Made by a program: the position numbers and the translations under genes | NCBI GenBank assembly: GCA_013239625.1 | Contig: MU053881.1 | Coordinates: 14,872,373 to 14,936,372 of the forward strand | DNA length: 64,000 bases | From: Lama guanicoe | Taxonomy: Eukaryota | Reading direction: 5' to 3' | In this document: piece by piece, positions 1-40,319 of the stretch | Layout: the number at the start of each line of letters is the position of its first letter | Position numbering within the stretch: the stretch's first letter is position 1 | The notes under the pieces: generated by a model | What the model was told of the DNA's origin: nothing | Database searches by the model: none | The model's input: the letters and a program-made list of their open reading frames with translations, nothing else

Positions 1-1894
1 ACGAAACAATGGGAGGCTTACAGCAGCAAGGGGAGCTGGAATACTGGAGTCAAACGTCACCTCAAGGGCTGAAAGGAAGTAACAAGCAACCGGGAATTCT
101 GTACACAACTTTAAAAACAGTTACTTGAGGGAAAGCATCTCCACTGACTTACATGAGATCCTGGGGTTTGAGCTCCAGCAACAGAAAAGAAAAGAAAGGA
201 AGGAAAGAAAAAGAAAGGATACCCACAGGAACAAAAACTAAGAATGTTTATTACCACCCACAGAGCTCCTCCAGGGGTATATTTCAGAAAACAGGAAAGT
301 GACTCCAAGAAATAGATCAGCAAAGAAATGGGCACATATCTGGGTAAAAATTTTTTGGTTTATTTTTTAATTTTTGGTGTTTTTGTTTGGGTAAATTTTA
401 AATGCATACTTTATGAGATTTTAAAAAATTAGAGCTGAAGTATTAAGTGTTATTAATTAATAATATTAACAGGATTGGTGGCTTTGCATCTTGCAAAAGG
501 GTAGGGATTACCTTTGGGCTATATTAAGTATTAAGTACTCCCATTAACAATATTAGAGTGTAGAGGGGAGAATGGAACAAAAAATAGATGCAACAAAGTA
601 AGTTCAGAAAAGGAAAGTTAGAAAAAGCAGAAGTAACGCAAAATAAGAGGGTAGAATCTCAAATATTAGGCATCCAAATAAACATATGTGGAATAATCAT
701 GACAGTTATGAGACTTTTTTTTTTAATCCATCTCTACCCTGGTTAAAAGACTTCAACTCCAGGGTGCATAAAAGTTGCAGGTAAAAGGACAGGAAGAGAA
801 ATTCAGGTGCAGTTTTTGATCTGGAAGGATCCACACTATGCAGCCCTAAGCCCTGGTGGGACGAGACCACGGGAGGTAAAGTCCATTCTCCGTGCTCCTC
901 ATCGGGCAGCTCAGAAGCAGGAACAGATGTTCTTTTTTAAGCACAGGAACTTTGTCAGAATTGGAAAAAAAAAAAAACCACAAGGGAAACCTCAGTTGCT
1001 CAGACAGACCCGGGATCACGAAGACCTTAGAGATGAAAATTCATTAGGTTTGAAAACAGTACGGAAGTGATGACTGAGAACCACTTTGAAGGAGCTCCGA
1101 GTGGAGAAACAAATCATACGGCAGCACCGGTGCCTCCCTCACCCCGGCGACCCCGGCGCTGGTTCTCTCTCCCAATCCCTCCTCTACTGGGTCCCTACTG
1201 GGCCTCTGTAGTGGCCCCAGCGCCCTGCTCGCAACCTCGGTCTGAAGCCCCATTGTCTTCGCAGGCTGCTGGGACCGTGGTCCATCAGGGGCCCTCCGCC
1301 CGCCGTGGGTTTGCTGACCTGCACAGCACACCCCACGGCACCGTACATCCACTTATGCCTCCGCTATGCTTTCAGCACCCCCCACCCCCATCCCGTATCT
1401 AAAGAGCTCTGGTCCGCAGCTGTAGTCTGGCTCTCGCTGCAGCACCAACGTGGACCAGGGGTCCTCGGTGATGCCTGCTCAGTGCCGGCGCACCTGCTCT
1501 CCTGGGGCTCTCCCTTCTCCTCGGACACCAACTGTCCTCACCATCGTCCACTCGCCTGATGACCTGGCCTCAAGAAAGCAAGAGTAGCCGGATAAGGACA
1601 TCAGACTTCTTCAGCTGGCCGGGTGGCTTTGGTCTCTCTCTGGGGCTGCCATCCTGGACCAGGGAACTCCACCCTCTTACCTGTTCAAAGACATTCTGAT
1701 TGAGGAGCGAAATCCTCTCTTTGCCCTTCAGTGCCGGCCTGGCCAGGTTCTATCTCTCCCTTATAGCTCAGTGCCCCTTTCTCTCCCTTCTAGAATCGAG
1801 CCGGCTCTGAGTTCTCTCCACCTACACACACCTGAGACCACTCCTGTCTGCTCCACTGAGTGAGGCCTTCTTGGTGCTAATGCTGAGTGTCACT

Positions 1895-2060
1895 TCCTCT
1901 TTTTTTTTTAATACAAGTTTGAGATAGAATTCACACACCATGCAATTAGCCCATTTCCCGTGTATATCTCAGTGTTTTTAGACCATTCATAGACTTGTGC
2001 AACTATCACCACAGTTTGAGAACATTTTTGTCATTCCCCCAGAAGAAACGCCATGCCCAC
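1895..2060 (-). mobile_element. Old L1 (L1M) 3'-end fragment in the CERS1 intron
   Basis: Poly-T followed by tttgagatagaattcacacaccat...ttgtgcaactatcaccaca, a typical L1M 3' end in antisense. Confidence 0.55.
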
Positions 2061-4408
2061 CCCAACCCCTTCTTATGCCGTCACCAGTCTGCCTTTGCTC
2101 CCCATTTCTTGACACCTCACTTGCTGGTGCCTTCCTGCTTCGTCTCTGGTCCTCGCCCCCTCCCAGGGCCCTTTCGCTTAATCCACTTCGACTTCCAAGT
2201 TTCTCTCCCAGCTCACGGTGCTCCCGAGTGCCGCCTCTGTCTCAGTGTCTGCTTGACAAACACAGCCCCTTCTAAAATATCCAAAAGCTGCCCCTTTCCC
2301 CATCCCAGACTGCCTTTCACGAATGTCTGTGCAATGGATGGCAACTCAGGGTAAAACTTTGTGAAACCCGAAGGAGTCCCCTCACCCCCACCTTCTCTCC
2401 CTCGCCTCCTCATCCTCAAGGAAACATCCAGAATCCACCCTCATCTCCTGCCCTCATCTCCCTCCACTTTGCACTCTTGTCCTGATTCTCCTTCCCTGCA
2501 GTGGTGCCCTGAGACTGAAAAATGCAAATCTGATGCTGCAGAAAGGCCATCTTGCCCGAGCTGAGGCCTCCTCCCTCCTCCAAATACTAACACTGTTTTG
2601 GATAGGGGAAGGGGCACTTCGAAGCTTGTTCAGAAAAACAAACCAGAATCACCGGGAAAGCTCTGATAAAAAGGCACTGGGCGGGCGTACGGATCCTTGA
2701 AGGTATTAAACTTATGTAAAAGTATAGGAATTCAAACAAGGCGGGAACAGAGCTGGGCCATCAAACTTGAGCAAATAAGCATCCCCAGGAGGGAAGGAAG
2801 AACTGTCAGTGGGATGCTCGCTGGGTAACCTGGAGAAAAGAGCAAATTCGTGTCTTTATCTCGCATCAGCCCCCATCGCAAATATCGACATCTTTGATCC
2901 TTTGCGAAAGCTATGAAATGGAACAAGAGCTGAAACAAGAGACTGTGTCATCCAGCGATCAAACTATGAGAAGAATCGAGAGGCCAGGAGCCCCACCTCT
3001 GCTCTGTCTAAAGGACCAACAGGCAGAGCCAGAGATAGATGGGTGGTCCATGGAGGGCTTATCTCTAACTTCACAGATAAAGGTCGGCTGCGATGGCAGC
3101 AAGAGATAGCAGCAGCCCACGGAGAAGTGGGCCGAGGGAGAGACGCCATTTCCCAGGAAGGGGCATGTGTCGGCTCCAGCCCAAGGGAAGAGCAAATTAA
3201 AGCGACTGAGATCATCTTCCCTAGGAGAGTAGTTACGTTCTTATATGCAAGGGACTCTGAGCTAGAGTGCTCTGCAAACCAAAGGGATGCAGGGGACAGA
3301 AAAGCACATGTGATAGGGTCTGTGATACCATGGTAGATCCCCAGGAGCAGCTCGGGCAAACTGAGTTTTCTGTGCTTTCTGATGTCTAGATCCTGAGACT
3401 ATATTACTGGCTCAAAAAGCTTAACACGTTTATATGTAAACTAGACCGTAGAACTCACTTCAGCAAAGAGACTGACCGACCATGTGCAAAGGCATGAAGA
3501 CTTCCTGGGAGTGGGAACAGGAATGGCCAATGGCCAGGCCCACTAGGCTACAGTGAGATGCCTTCTTGGTACCAGCAGGCTGGCTAGTTAAATGGGAGCA
3601 ACTCCGAGCAAGCGTTGGCAATACTGGCGAGGAGCAGGGGCAGGCCTGTCCTGTCTGGTGAGGTGGGCCTGGGCAGAAACCCCAGGGTGCAGGTCCCTTC
3701 TCAGTCGGAACTCCACAAACCTGCCACTAACACACGCAGAGCAGATGGAATTAAGGAGAGCAGCGGTGCACATGGGAGTGATCTGTCACATTTTTGGAAA
3801 ACTGAGATGCAGGAGAAGACATCCTTATAGTCAGTTTGAAATATGCAAACCATGCATATTGTTTAGAAGTTAGGGGTCTTTCTCTGTGATCTTAAGCTGG
3901 ACGCTTATTGTATTGATGAGCGTTTTAAAACATCACGTAACTTGTTTTAGGATATGGAAGCAAAGTATGGGCTGCAGCAGATTAAACAGAGAGCAGTGAT
4001 GGAGAATCCCAGGGACTGGGAAGCCTTTCCTGGTAGGGCAGCTGGAGTTGGGGAGGAGACTGCCAAGTAAGGTTGCAGGGGCCTCTGGTCAGTCAGCCTC
4101 CGTGGGAGGAGAGGATAAAGTGCTGGTCCAGGTCCAGGTGGTGGGGGTTAAGTCAGGCAGAAACTGGTAGGTGGCTTTTGCCCTCCAGTGGCCTGGGGGG
4201 GAGGAGGGGAGAGGAGAGTTTAATTGCGGGGAGGAGCAGGGACCACTTGCCCAGCAGGCAGACAGCCAGGCCTTGAGGGCTGGGAGGAAGGATAGAGGCG
4301 GGGCTGGGAAAAGGGATGTGGCGGACAAGGAGGGCGGGAAGGGGGTAGGGAGGCGCAATGCGGATCCGTGGGGTCCCCAGGCTAATCTGGGCCGGTTCTG
4401 GCTCGCAG

Positions 4409-4451
4409 GAAGCCTCTGAGGAACGGCCTGGTTAAGGACAAGCGCTTCTGA
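4409..4451 (+). CDS. CERS1: Ceramide synthase 1 (LASS1/UOG1), last coding exon; upstream exons lie outside the window
   Basis: Acceptor ttctggctcgcag|G (AG at 4407-4408), then AAG CCT CTG AGG AAC GGC CTG GTT AAG GAC AAG CGC TTC TGA = KPLRNGLVKDKRF*, matching the mammalian CERS1 C-terminus. Lies 210 nt upstream of the GDF1 ATG. Too short for the ORF track. Confidence 0.93.
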
Positions 4452-4661
4452 ACCCCTCGACCCCGGCCCCGCCGCCCAGGACCCAGCCCCATCCAACTGC
4501 GCCCCCGGGGACCGCCGCCCTGTTCCCAGGGATTGGTCCCAGTTAGGCTTCGGGATCGCGGCCACGCCCCTCGGCACCCGGACCCCGGCCCCGCCCCCAG
4601 CCCGCAGGTCGGGGAGTCCGGCAGCCCCTGAGCACTCGTCCGCCCGCCGCCAGCGAGGAAA

Positions 4662-4983
4662 ATGCCACCGCCGCGCCACCATCTCGACCGCCGCGTCCTT
4701 CTACTGGCCCTGCTGCTGCCCTCGCTGTCCCCGACCTATGCCCCCGTGCCCCCAGGCCCCGCCGCCGCCGCCCTGCTCCAGGCTCTCGGGCTGCCCGACG
4801 CTCCCCGAGACGCCCCCACGTCCCGGCCCGTACCTCCAGTCATGTGGCGTCTGTTCCGCCGCCGGGACCACCAGGAGGCCAGGGCGGGCCCGCGGAGGAC
4901 GCCTCCGGGGGCCAACCTACGACCATGCCACGTGGAGGGGCTTGGGGTCCCTGGAAACATCGTGCGCCACGTCCCGGACCGCG
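4662..4983 (+). CDS. GDF1: Growth/differentiation factor 1, coding exon 1 (signal peptide and prodomain)
   Basis: [22 protein letters not shown]...[14 protein letters not shown]...[20 protein letters not shown]; donor G|gtgagt at 4984, phase 1. Confidence 0.95.
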
Positions 4984-5558
4984 GTGAGTGGAACTTGCGC
5001 TCGAAGTGTGGGTCTAGGGAGCGGAGACACCGCTGGGCGCCCCCAAGGCCGACACAAACCACTAGCCCTGCGTGAAGGAAACCGGAGAGCCCTGAGGGTC
5101 CCCACTCGCTCCGTCTGGGCCTCTGCACTCCATCCGCTCCTCCGTGTGGATATCTGCGGGAACCTGAGGGAGTGGTCCGAAGGCTAGGTTCCTATGCTTA
5201 CAGCTGAAGCCCTATCTCTACTCAGTCCCGTCCCCTCTACTTTGATGCCTTCCTGCAAATGACACACCGCCCAAGCATCGCTTCCCCACGGGGCCCCAGG
5301 CCTTCGCTCATCCTATCCTCCTCCCCACCATGTCCCCAAACGCGGACTGGCTCTGGCTGCCCTGCAAAGGGCAGGGCCTCTTCCTTGCAAGTGATGCTCC
5401 TCCCCACTCCATCCCCCTCCCCCCCCCGCCGCTTCACACCATCTGACGCCTTCTAACAGATGGTGCGCTCCTCGCCTCCCAACCGAGACCCCCTCGCGGG
5501 TGGGCCGGGCAACGGATGGAGAAGCAGCGCCAGCCGAGTCCTCTCCCTGTTTCCCCAG

Positions 5559-6334
5559 GCGCAGCCGCCCGGCCCCCAGAGCCCGCTTCGGCTGCTGGGC
5601 AGTGCCCCGAATGGACCGTCGTCTTCGATCTATCGGCCGTGGAACCAGCCGAGCGCCCGAGCCAGGCGCGCCTGGAACTGCGCTTCGCGGCCGCGGAGGC
5701 GACGGCGGGAGGCTGGGAACTGAGCGTGGCGCCGGCAGGCGCGAGGCCCGGGCCGGTGCTGCTCCGCCAGGCGGTGCCCGCTCTGGGAACGCCGGTGCGC
5801 GCCGAGCTGCTGGGCGCCGCTTGGGCCCGCAACGCCTCAACGCCGCGCAGCCTCCGCCTGACGCTGGCGCTGCGTCCCCGGGCCCCCGTCTACTGCGCGC
5901 GCCTGATTGAGGCCTCGCTGCTGCTGGTGACCCTCGACCCGCGCCTGTGCCACCCTCTGACCCGGCCGCGGCGCGAGGCCGAGCCCGCAGTGGGCGGCAG
6001 CTCCGGGGGCGCGTGTCGCGCGCGGCGGCTCTACGTGAGCTTCCGTGAGGTGGGCTGGCACCGCTGGGTCATCGCGCCGCGCGGCTTCCTGGCCAACTAC
6101 TGTCAGGGCAAGTGCGCGCTGCCCGCCGCGCTGTCAGAACCCGGCGGGGCGCCCGCGCTCAACCACGCGGTGCTGCGCGCGCTCATGCACGCGGCAGCCC
6201 CCGGCGCCGCCGGCCTGCCCTGCTGTGTGCCCGCCCGCCTGTCGCCCATCTCTGTGCTCTTCTTCGACAACAGCGACAACGTGGTACTGCGGCACTACGA
6301 AGACATGGTGGTGGATGAGTGCGGTTGCCGCTGA
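5559..6334 (+). CDS. GDF1: GDF1 coding exon 2 (prodomain, RPRR furin site, TGF-beta cystine-knot mature domain); spliced CDS 1098 nt = 365 aa
   Basis: Acceptor ttccccag|GC in phase with exon 1; [34 protein letters not shown]...PCCVP...[12 protein letters not shown] with the 7 conserved cysteines. Confidence 0.97.
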
Positions 6335-6364
6335 CCTGGGGGCGGGCGGGCGGGAGGAGGCAAC

Positions 6365-6370
6365 AATAAA
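6365..6370 (+). terminator. Polyadenylation signal of GDF1 / CERS1-GDF1
   Basis: AATAAA 30 nt after the GDF1 stop, followed by G/T-rich sequence. Confidence 0.75.
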
Positions 6371-6755
6371 CACTGCGTGGTCCTCTCTGCCGTCTCCTGG
6401 GGTCTTGTCACCTGGGGGGGGGGGAAGCGGCTCTGTCCACCGCCACCCACCACCAGGCTGGCGGGTGGGGAGGGGGGTCCTACAGCGCCACCACCGGCCC
6501 AGCCCTCCCAAGCTTCGTATTCGGCCCAACAGTCTAATGCAGCTGGACGCTGAGCAATGCCCCTGCACAGACCCAGACGCTGCTCACAGGAGGGGCCCAG
6601 GGTCCCCTTTTCCAGTCCCTGCTGTGCAGGTTTGGCGTCTCAACTTTGCCATCAAGGTGGCCCCAGATCCCCTGCCCCCAACCAGCCAGACCCCTAGACC
6701 AAGTGCTCTGCAGTTCCCCTGTAGTTATCCAGACCCGGTGTGAAAGCAAGAGCGG

Positions 6756-6761
6756 TTTATT
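6756..6761 (-). terminator. Distal polyadenylation signal of UPF1
   Basis: TTTATT on + (AATAAA on -) at the end of a U-rich 3'UTR stretch, about 1.84 kb into the terminal exon. Confidence 0.7.
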
Positions 6762-8474
6762 AAGATTTTACAGGTGACAAAAGAGCTTAAAACAAAAGAC
6801 CAAAAATCAAAAGTTACATTGCCTTGGTACAGATGCTCCTTGATTTGGAAAACTCATAGTAACTGCTGCTAAGGTGGAGGAAAAAAGCAAACAGCACAAA
6901 GTGGAAGCAAAGCATTCCAAGGAACAGAACAGGGTGGGTGGGTGTGTCACCCATGGGGACGGCGCACAAGGGGTCATAGCGAAAACCTATCCAACTCTAT
7001 GCAGCTACCAAAAGAGGTGGGAACCGAAAGCCCTACAGCAATGGTAATAAATAAGAGACCTTGCCAGAAAGGTGGCCTGTGTGTCTCCATTTCTCCCATG
7101 TACCAGCTGGAATCTGGAGACTTTGGGATGAGGGCCAGTGTAGGGCACATGGGGGGATACTGGGGTTCAGGATCATCAGGGCCTGGGTAGGCAGGGTTAA
7201 GGTTAGACGGTCCCCAACTAGGTCCCACCAGGGAGGCTAATTCTCCACCATGGTGTGCAAACAGCTGAGGTGGCTCCACCAGCTAATTACTACTCCCAAG
7301 TTGCAACCCAGACACAGGTAGATGCTTCCCTGTACCACCTGATGTGACAAACTCCAAGCCCTTCGGCACACAACTAATTTCTGAAACTTATTCCTGCCCT
7401 CACCCCTGCCCAAGGCAGAAACAACCCCACCTCACTGAAGCTATGCCCACAGTAGGAGGGCTCCAAACTAAGGGGGTAGGGTGGGGAACAAGGAGCGATT
7501 AGGCGCTTGGTGAGTCTAACCCGCCACAGGAACCACGGGCGCCTCCCTGGGGACAGGGACAGATCCTCCTGGCTGCCGCTTTCCACCAAATCCTTAGGAA
7601 GGACCCCGGGGAAGAAGCCACTGGCCAGGGAACAGCCACCTTCCGGTCCTCTGACCTCACGGCCAGTCCTGCCTGAGGCCCCTCCCAGGGGGCCGAGTCC
7701 ACAGTGCACGGGATGCGCTCTGCTTCTTGGAGTCCAGCAGAGACATGGAGCCGCCTGCCTGGCCCGGGACTGTGCTCCCTTACCGCCCTGATGCACAGGG
7801 AGAAGCCGCTGGAAGCTAAAACTGAAAAAAAAAAAAAAAAATCTTCCTCCGGTCACAGGTGTTCATCCTAATCTTGAGTTGGGTTGGCTCGTTTAAACTT
7901 CATTTCTGGAAGCTTCTCACATCTCCCAGGTCCACCACTAAGATTTGAGAGACAAACTCAGAAAAGTATATTTTTCAATTCGCCTTTTAAAGAATCTTTA
8001 AAAAACAAACAAAACCCCCAAACACGTATTTTCTTTAAATGAAAACCTGACAACACAGGCAGTGTGACTGCGGCGGTATCAGAGCCGGTGTGGACGGAAC
8101 CCGCACTTGGAGGGGCTCTCCCGGCATGGCCGCCACCTGCAAGGAGCCTGCTCGGCACAGAAATGCGAAGTTTTTTCCAGCTAAAACGTAGTCCCCTTTC
8201 AATAAAAGAGAAAAAGAAAGAAAAGAACAGAGGAAAGGGCTACTCTGAGATGAGGGTCTTCCTCCCTCCGCCCTGGTCGCAGACCCAGGTGTGGACGCGG
8301 CGAGCGCGGGGCTCCTCAGCGAGCGGGGCTGGCGGGCTCGCTGGCGGGCGGTCCTCGGCCGCCCCACCTCCCGCTCTCCCTTCTCCTTCTCCTCGCCGCC
8401 ACGTGCCAGCAGTGGGCGCTCGCTCTGTCTCGGGCTCCTCTCTCCCTCGGGTGCTCCTCTCCCTCTCCTGTTGC

Positions 8475-8482
8475 TCACAGTG
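8475..8482 (-). promoter_or_regulatory. miR-128 8-mer seed site in the UPF1 3'UTR
   Basis: CACTGTGA on the mRNA strand (TCACAGTG on +), complementary to the miR-128 5' end UCACAGUG. miR-128 repression of UPF1 is established. Confidence 0.7.
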
Positions 8483-8517
8483 GTGCTTCAGTTTTAGCAG
8501 TGGAAAACAGGTATCCA

Positions 8518-8536
8518 TTTATTTTTATTTTTTATT
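8518..8536 (-). terminator. Proximal polyadenylation signals of UPF1 (three AATAAA)
   Basis: Minus strand AATAAA-A-AATAAA-AATAAA (TTTATT on + at 8518, 8524, 8531). Confidence 0.65.
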
Positions 8537-9326
8537 ACCCAGAATAAGATGCTGATGGACTAAGCCACGTAGCTTAGCTCTTCCGCCGCCACCTGTCGGG
8601 GAGGGAGGGAGGGCGAGAGGCTTCAGAGAAGGTGGGAGCCTCAGGGAGCTCCCAGGCCTGGCCTGGAAGACATGGGGCTTTCTCCCCGACTCCACTCTGC
8701 ACCTGTGTCCTCATGTGTGAAATGGGGCCTCAGATGTCAACCAGGTGCCCAGACCAGTAACTTTCCACCCAGAGAGAAGAAGGCTGAGAGCTAAGGGTAC
8801 TGAGCCTTAGCACAGTATGAAGAGTGCTAATCCTTCTCCTAGCAGCACAGCAGCCCACTTTCCTGCACAGAGACAGGTGAGGGGCAGACCTCAGGCCTAC
8901 ACTCACCCTGCTCCAGCCACACACATCATGGACGGGGAACCACACAGCAAGGCCCTCACAGGCACCTACAAGCACCTCCAGAGGTGCCCGTGTACCAGGG
9001 AGCTGGGACCCTTGCCACCCTCATGAGCTCCCCTGTTGGGGCAAGAAGTGTGTCCGCCTCCTCCCTGCCTACTCGGGTGGCTGGGAAGCCCCGACATCCA
9101 CCCCTTTCTCACTAAGCTCTAGGACCCTCTCCAGAGAGGATCATGTACAGGAGGTGTGCACGAAGCTCACGTCCCTCTGACAATGTGAGCAGAGGTGCAG
9201 AAACCCAAAGTGACAGGTGCCAGGATGAGCTGGCCCCTCGGGGACTTGAGGCTCCCACCACGTTTCCCGAATTTCCCTAGAAGCCCAGATCCCAGGGAAG
9301 ACCTCCTCCAGAGGCTGGCTTGCCTT

Positions 9327-39120
<29,794 letters not shown>

Positions 39121-39269
39121 CCCCTGTAATGAGTGGTGCGGCAGTGGTCATCTGTGCCCTTAGGGTCGGCGACAGTGCCTTGGGTTAATTGAGCGCCAAC
39201 TGAATGCCTTACATAGGTGGAACGAACACTCAGCTGGGGAGACTTGGCGAGGACTATGGGTCCCCATCT

Positions 39270-39620
39270 CTCGAAGAAGCTCCCTGGGCCTGTTTCCCCA
39301 TCTCTAATATGGGGGTGCCTGGCACATAGTAGCTGCTCAGTGTGCATTAGTTAAGTAAACGAATGGGGACAGTTCTTAGCACAGAGCTTAGCACGCGGGA
39401 ATGGTGGTTTATGCTGCTCCGGACAACATTCAGAGGCGTGTAACAAAGCTATTGGGAGCACTTGCTCTGGATTTCTGAAATCCACCCCTGGCCACCTAGT
39501 GGCTGTGTGACTTTGTACAAATGACATCTCTGAGCCTAGGGTTTCCTCAGCTGGGAAAGGGAAATAATAACCATTAAGATGGGATGAGGAATAAATGAAA
39601 TACTGTTTACTGCCTTAAGT
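39270..39620. mobile_element. MIR fragments upstream of the UPF1 promoter
   Basis: ggctgtgtgactttgtacaaatgacatctctgagcctagggtttcctcagctgggaaa core; tgcctggcacatagtagctgctcag tail. Confidence 0.55.
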
Positions 39621-40319
39621 GTTTATGAAAAAAAAGTTCCTCATAGGTTGGCTTTGTTTATCACATGATCATCCTCATGGAGAGAATAATGCCCACATAG
39701 GAGGTGCTCAGTAAAAATTCAGCTACTAGTTTATGAGCCTTTATCTCCTCTAACTCTGAGCCTCAGCTTCCTGTTTTGTAAAGTGTCTTGGAGAACCCCC
39801 CACTTCCCTTTCTGCCCCAAGATCTGGGGACTTTAAGTACTTGAAGTCAGCTCATAGGGCTCCTGGTTTGCAGGACTGTGCTGAAAGCTCCTGATGCTGC
39901 ATGGTTCTTCATTTTCTAGTATTCCTGTCACAACATGGTAGGAGGTTCCTTTTTCCTTCACATCCTTTTTGGCCTCTTGTGAACTAAAATGTGGGAATAT
40001 AAAAAATGAATAATTAGGTCCCCTTCTCCAGGAAGACACAGTTTAATGGAGAATCCCAATAAGGCAACAGATGGTATCAATAAAATGCAAAGCCCTCTAT
40101 GGAAAACATCCAATTGAATTGGTAGAAACATTTAAGACTGATCTGGTAAAACTTAACAGAGTTTTAAATTGCCTTGCCACCCCCCTTTTGACCTGGCGAT
40201 TCTACTTTTAAGGATCTCCTCTTATTTCCTACATATGCTCATATTTGCAAAATGACATTGTGGACGATACGCTAAAACATATCTATTTAACACAAAAGAA
40301 GTTGGTAATGGAGGAGTTG

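Larger units (their letters stand above)
4330..6350. promoter_or_regulatory. CpG island over the CERS1 3' end and GDF1
   Basis: Dense CpG and GC across the spacer and both GDF1 exons. Confidence 0.7.
6740..8592 (-). other. UPF1: UPF1 terminal non-coding exon (3'UTR); 3' end approximate
   Basis: Acceptor ccccgacag|GTGGCGGCGGAAGAGCTAAG at 8592 matches my recollection of the human UPF1 3'UTR start; ends near the AATAAA at 6756. Confidence 0.8.

Noticed and set aside
1..4408. Additional CERS1 exons or a separate gene in the first 4.4 kb
   Set aside because: No ORF resembles the CERS1 TLC/Lag1 domain; the sequence looks intronic with decayed L1 fragments.
4410..4664. CERS1 and GDF1 are in the same reading frame (spacer = 70 codons), suggesting a stop-readthrough fusion protein
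   Set aside because: A second in-frame TGA at 4629-4631 blocks it, and the first stop (TGA-ACC) is not a readthrough context.
5516..5558. ORF-track start MEKQRQ... for the 272-aa TGF-beta ORF
   Set aside because: Intronic extension upstream of the acceptor at 5559; the real start with a signal peptide is at 4662.
4089..6743. Many long overlapping ORFs on both strands around GDF1 (e.g. 4089-4682 minus, 6045-6743 plus)
   Set aside because: Expected from stop-codon scarcity in a GC-rich CpG island; low-complexity Arg/Pro/Ala/Gly sequence with no recognisable domain.
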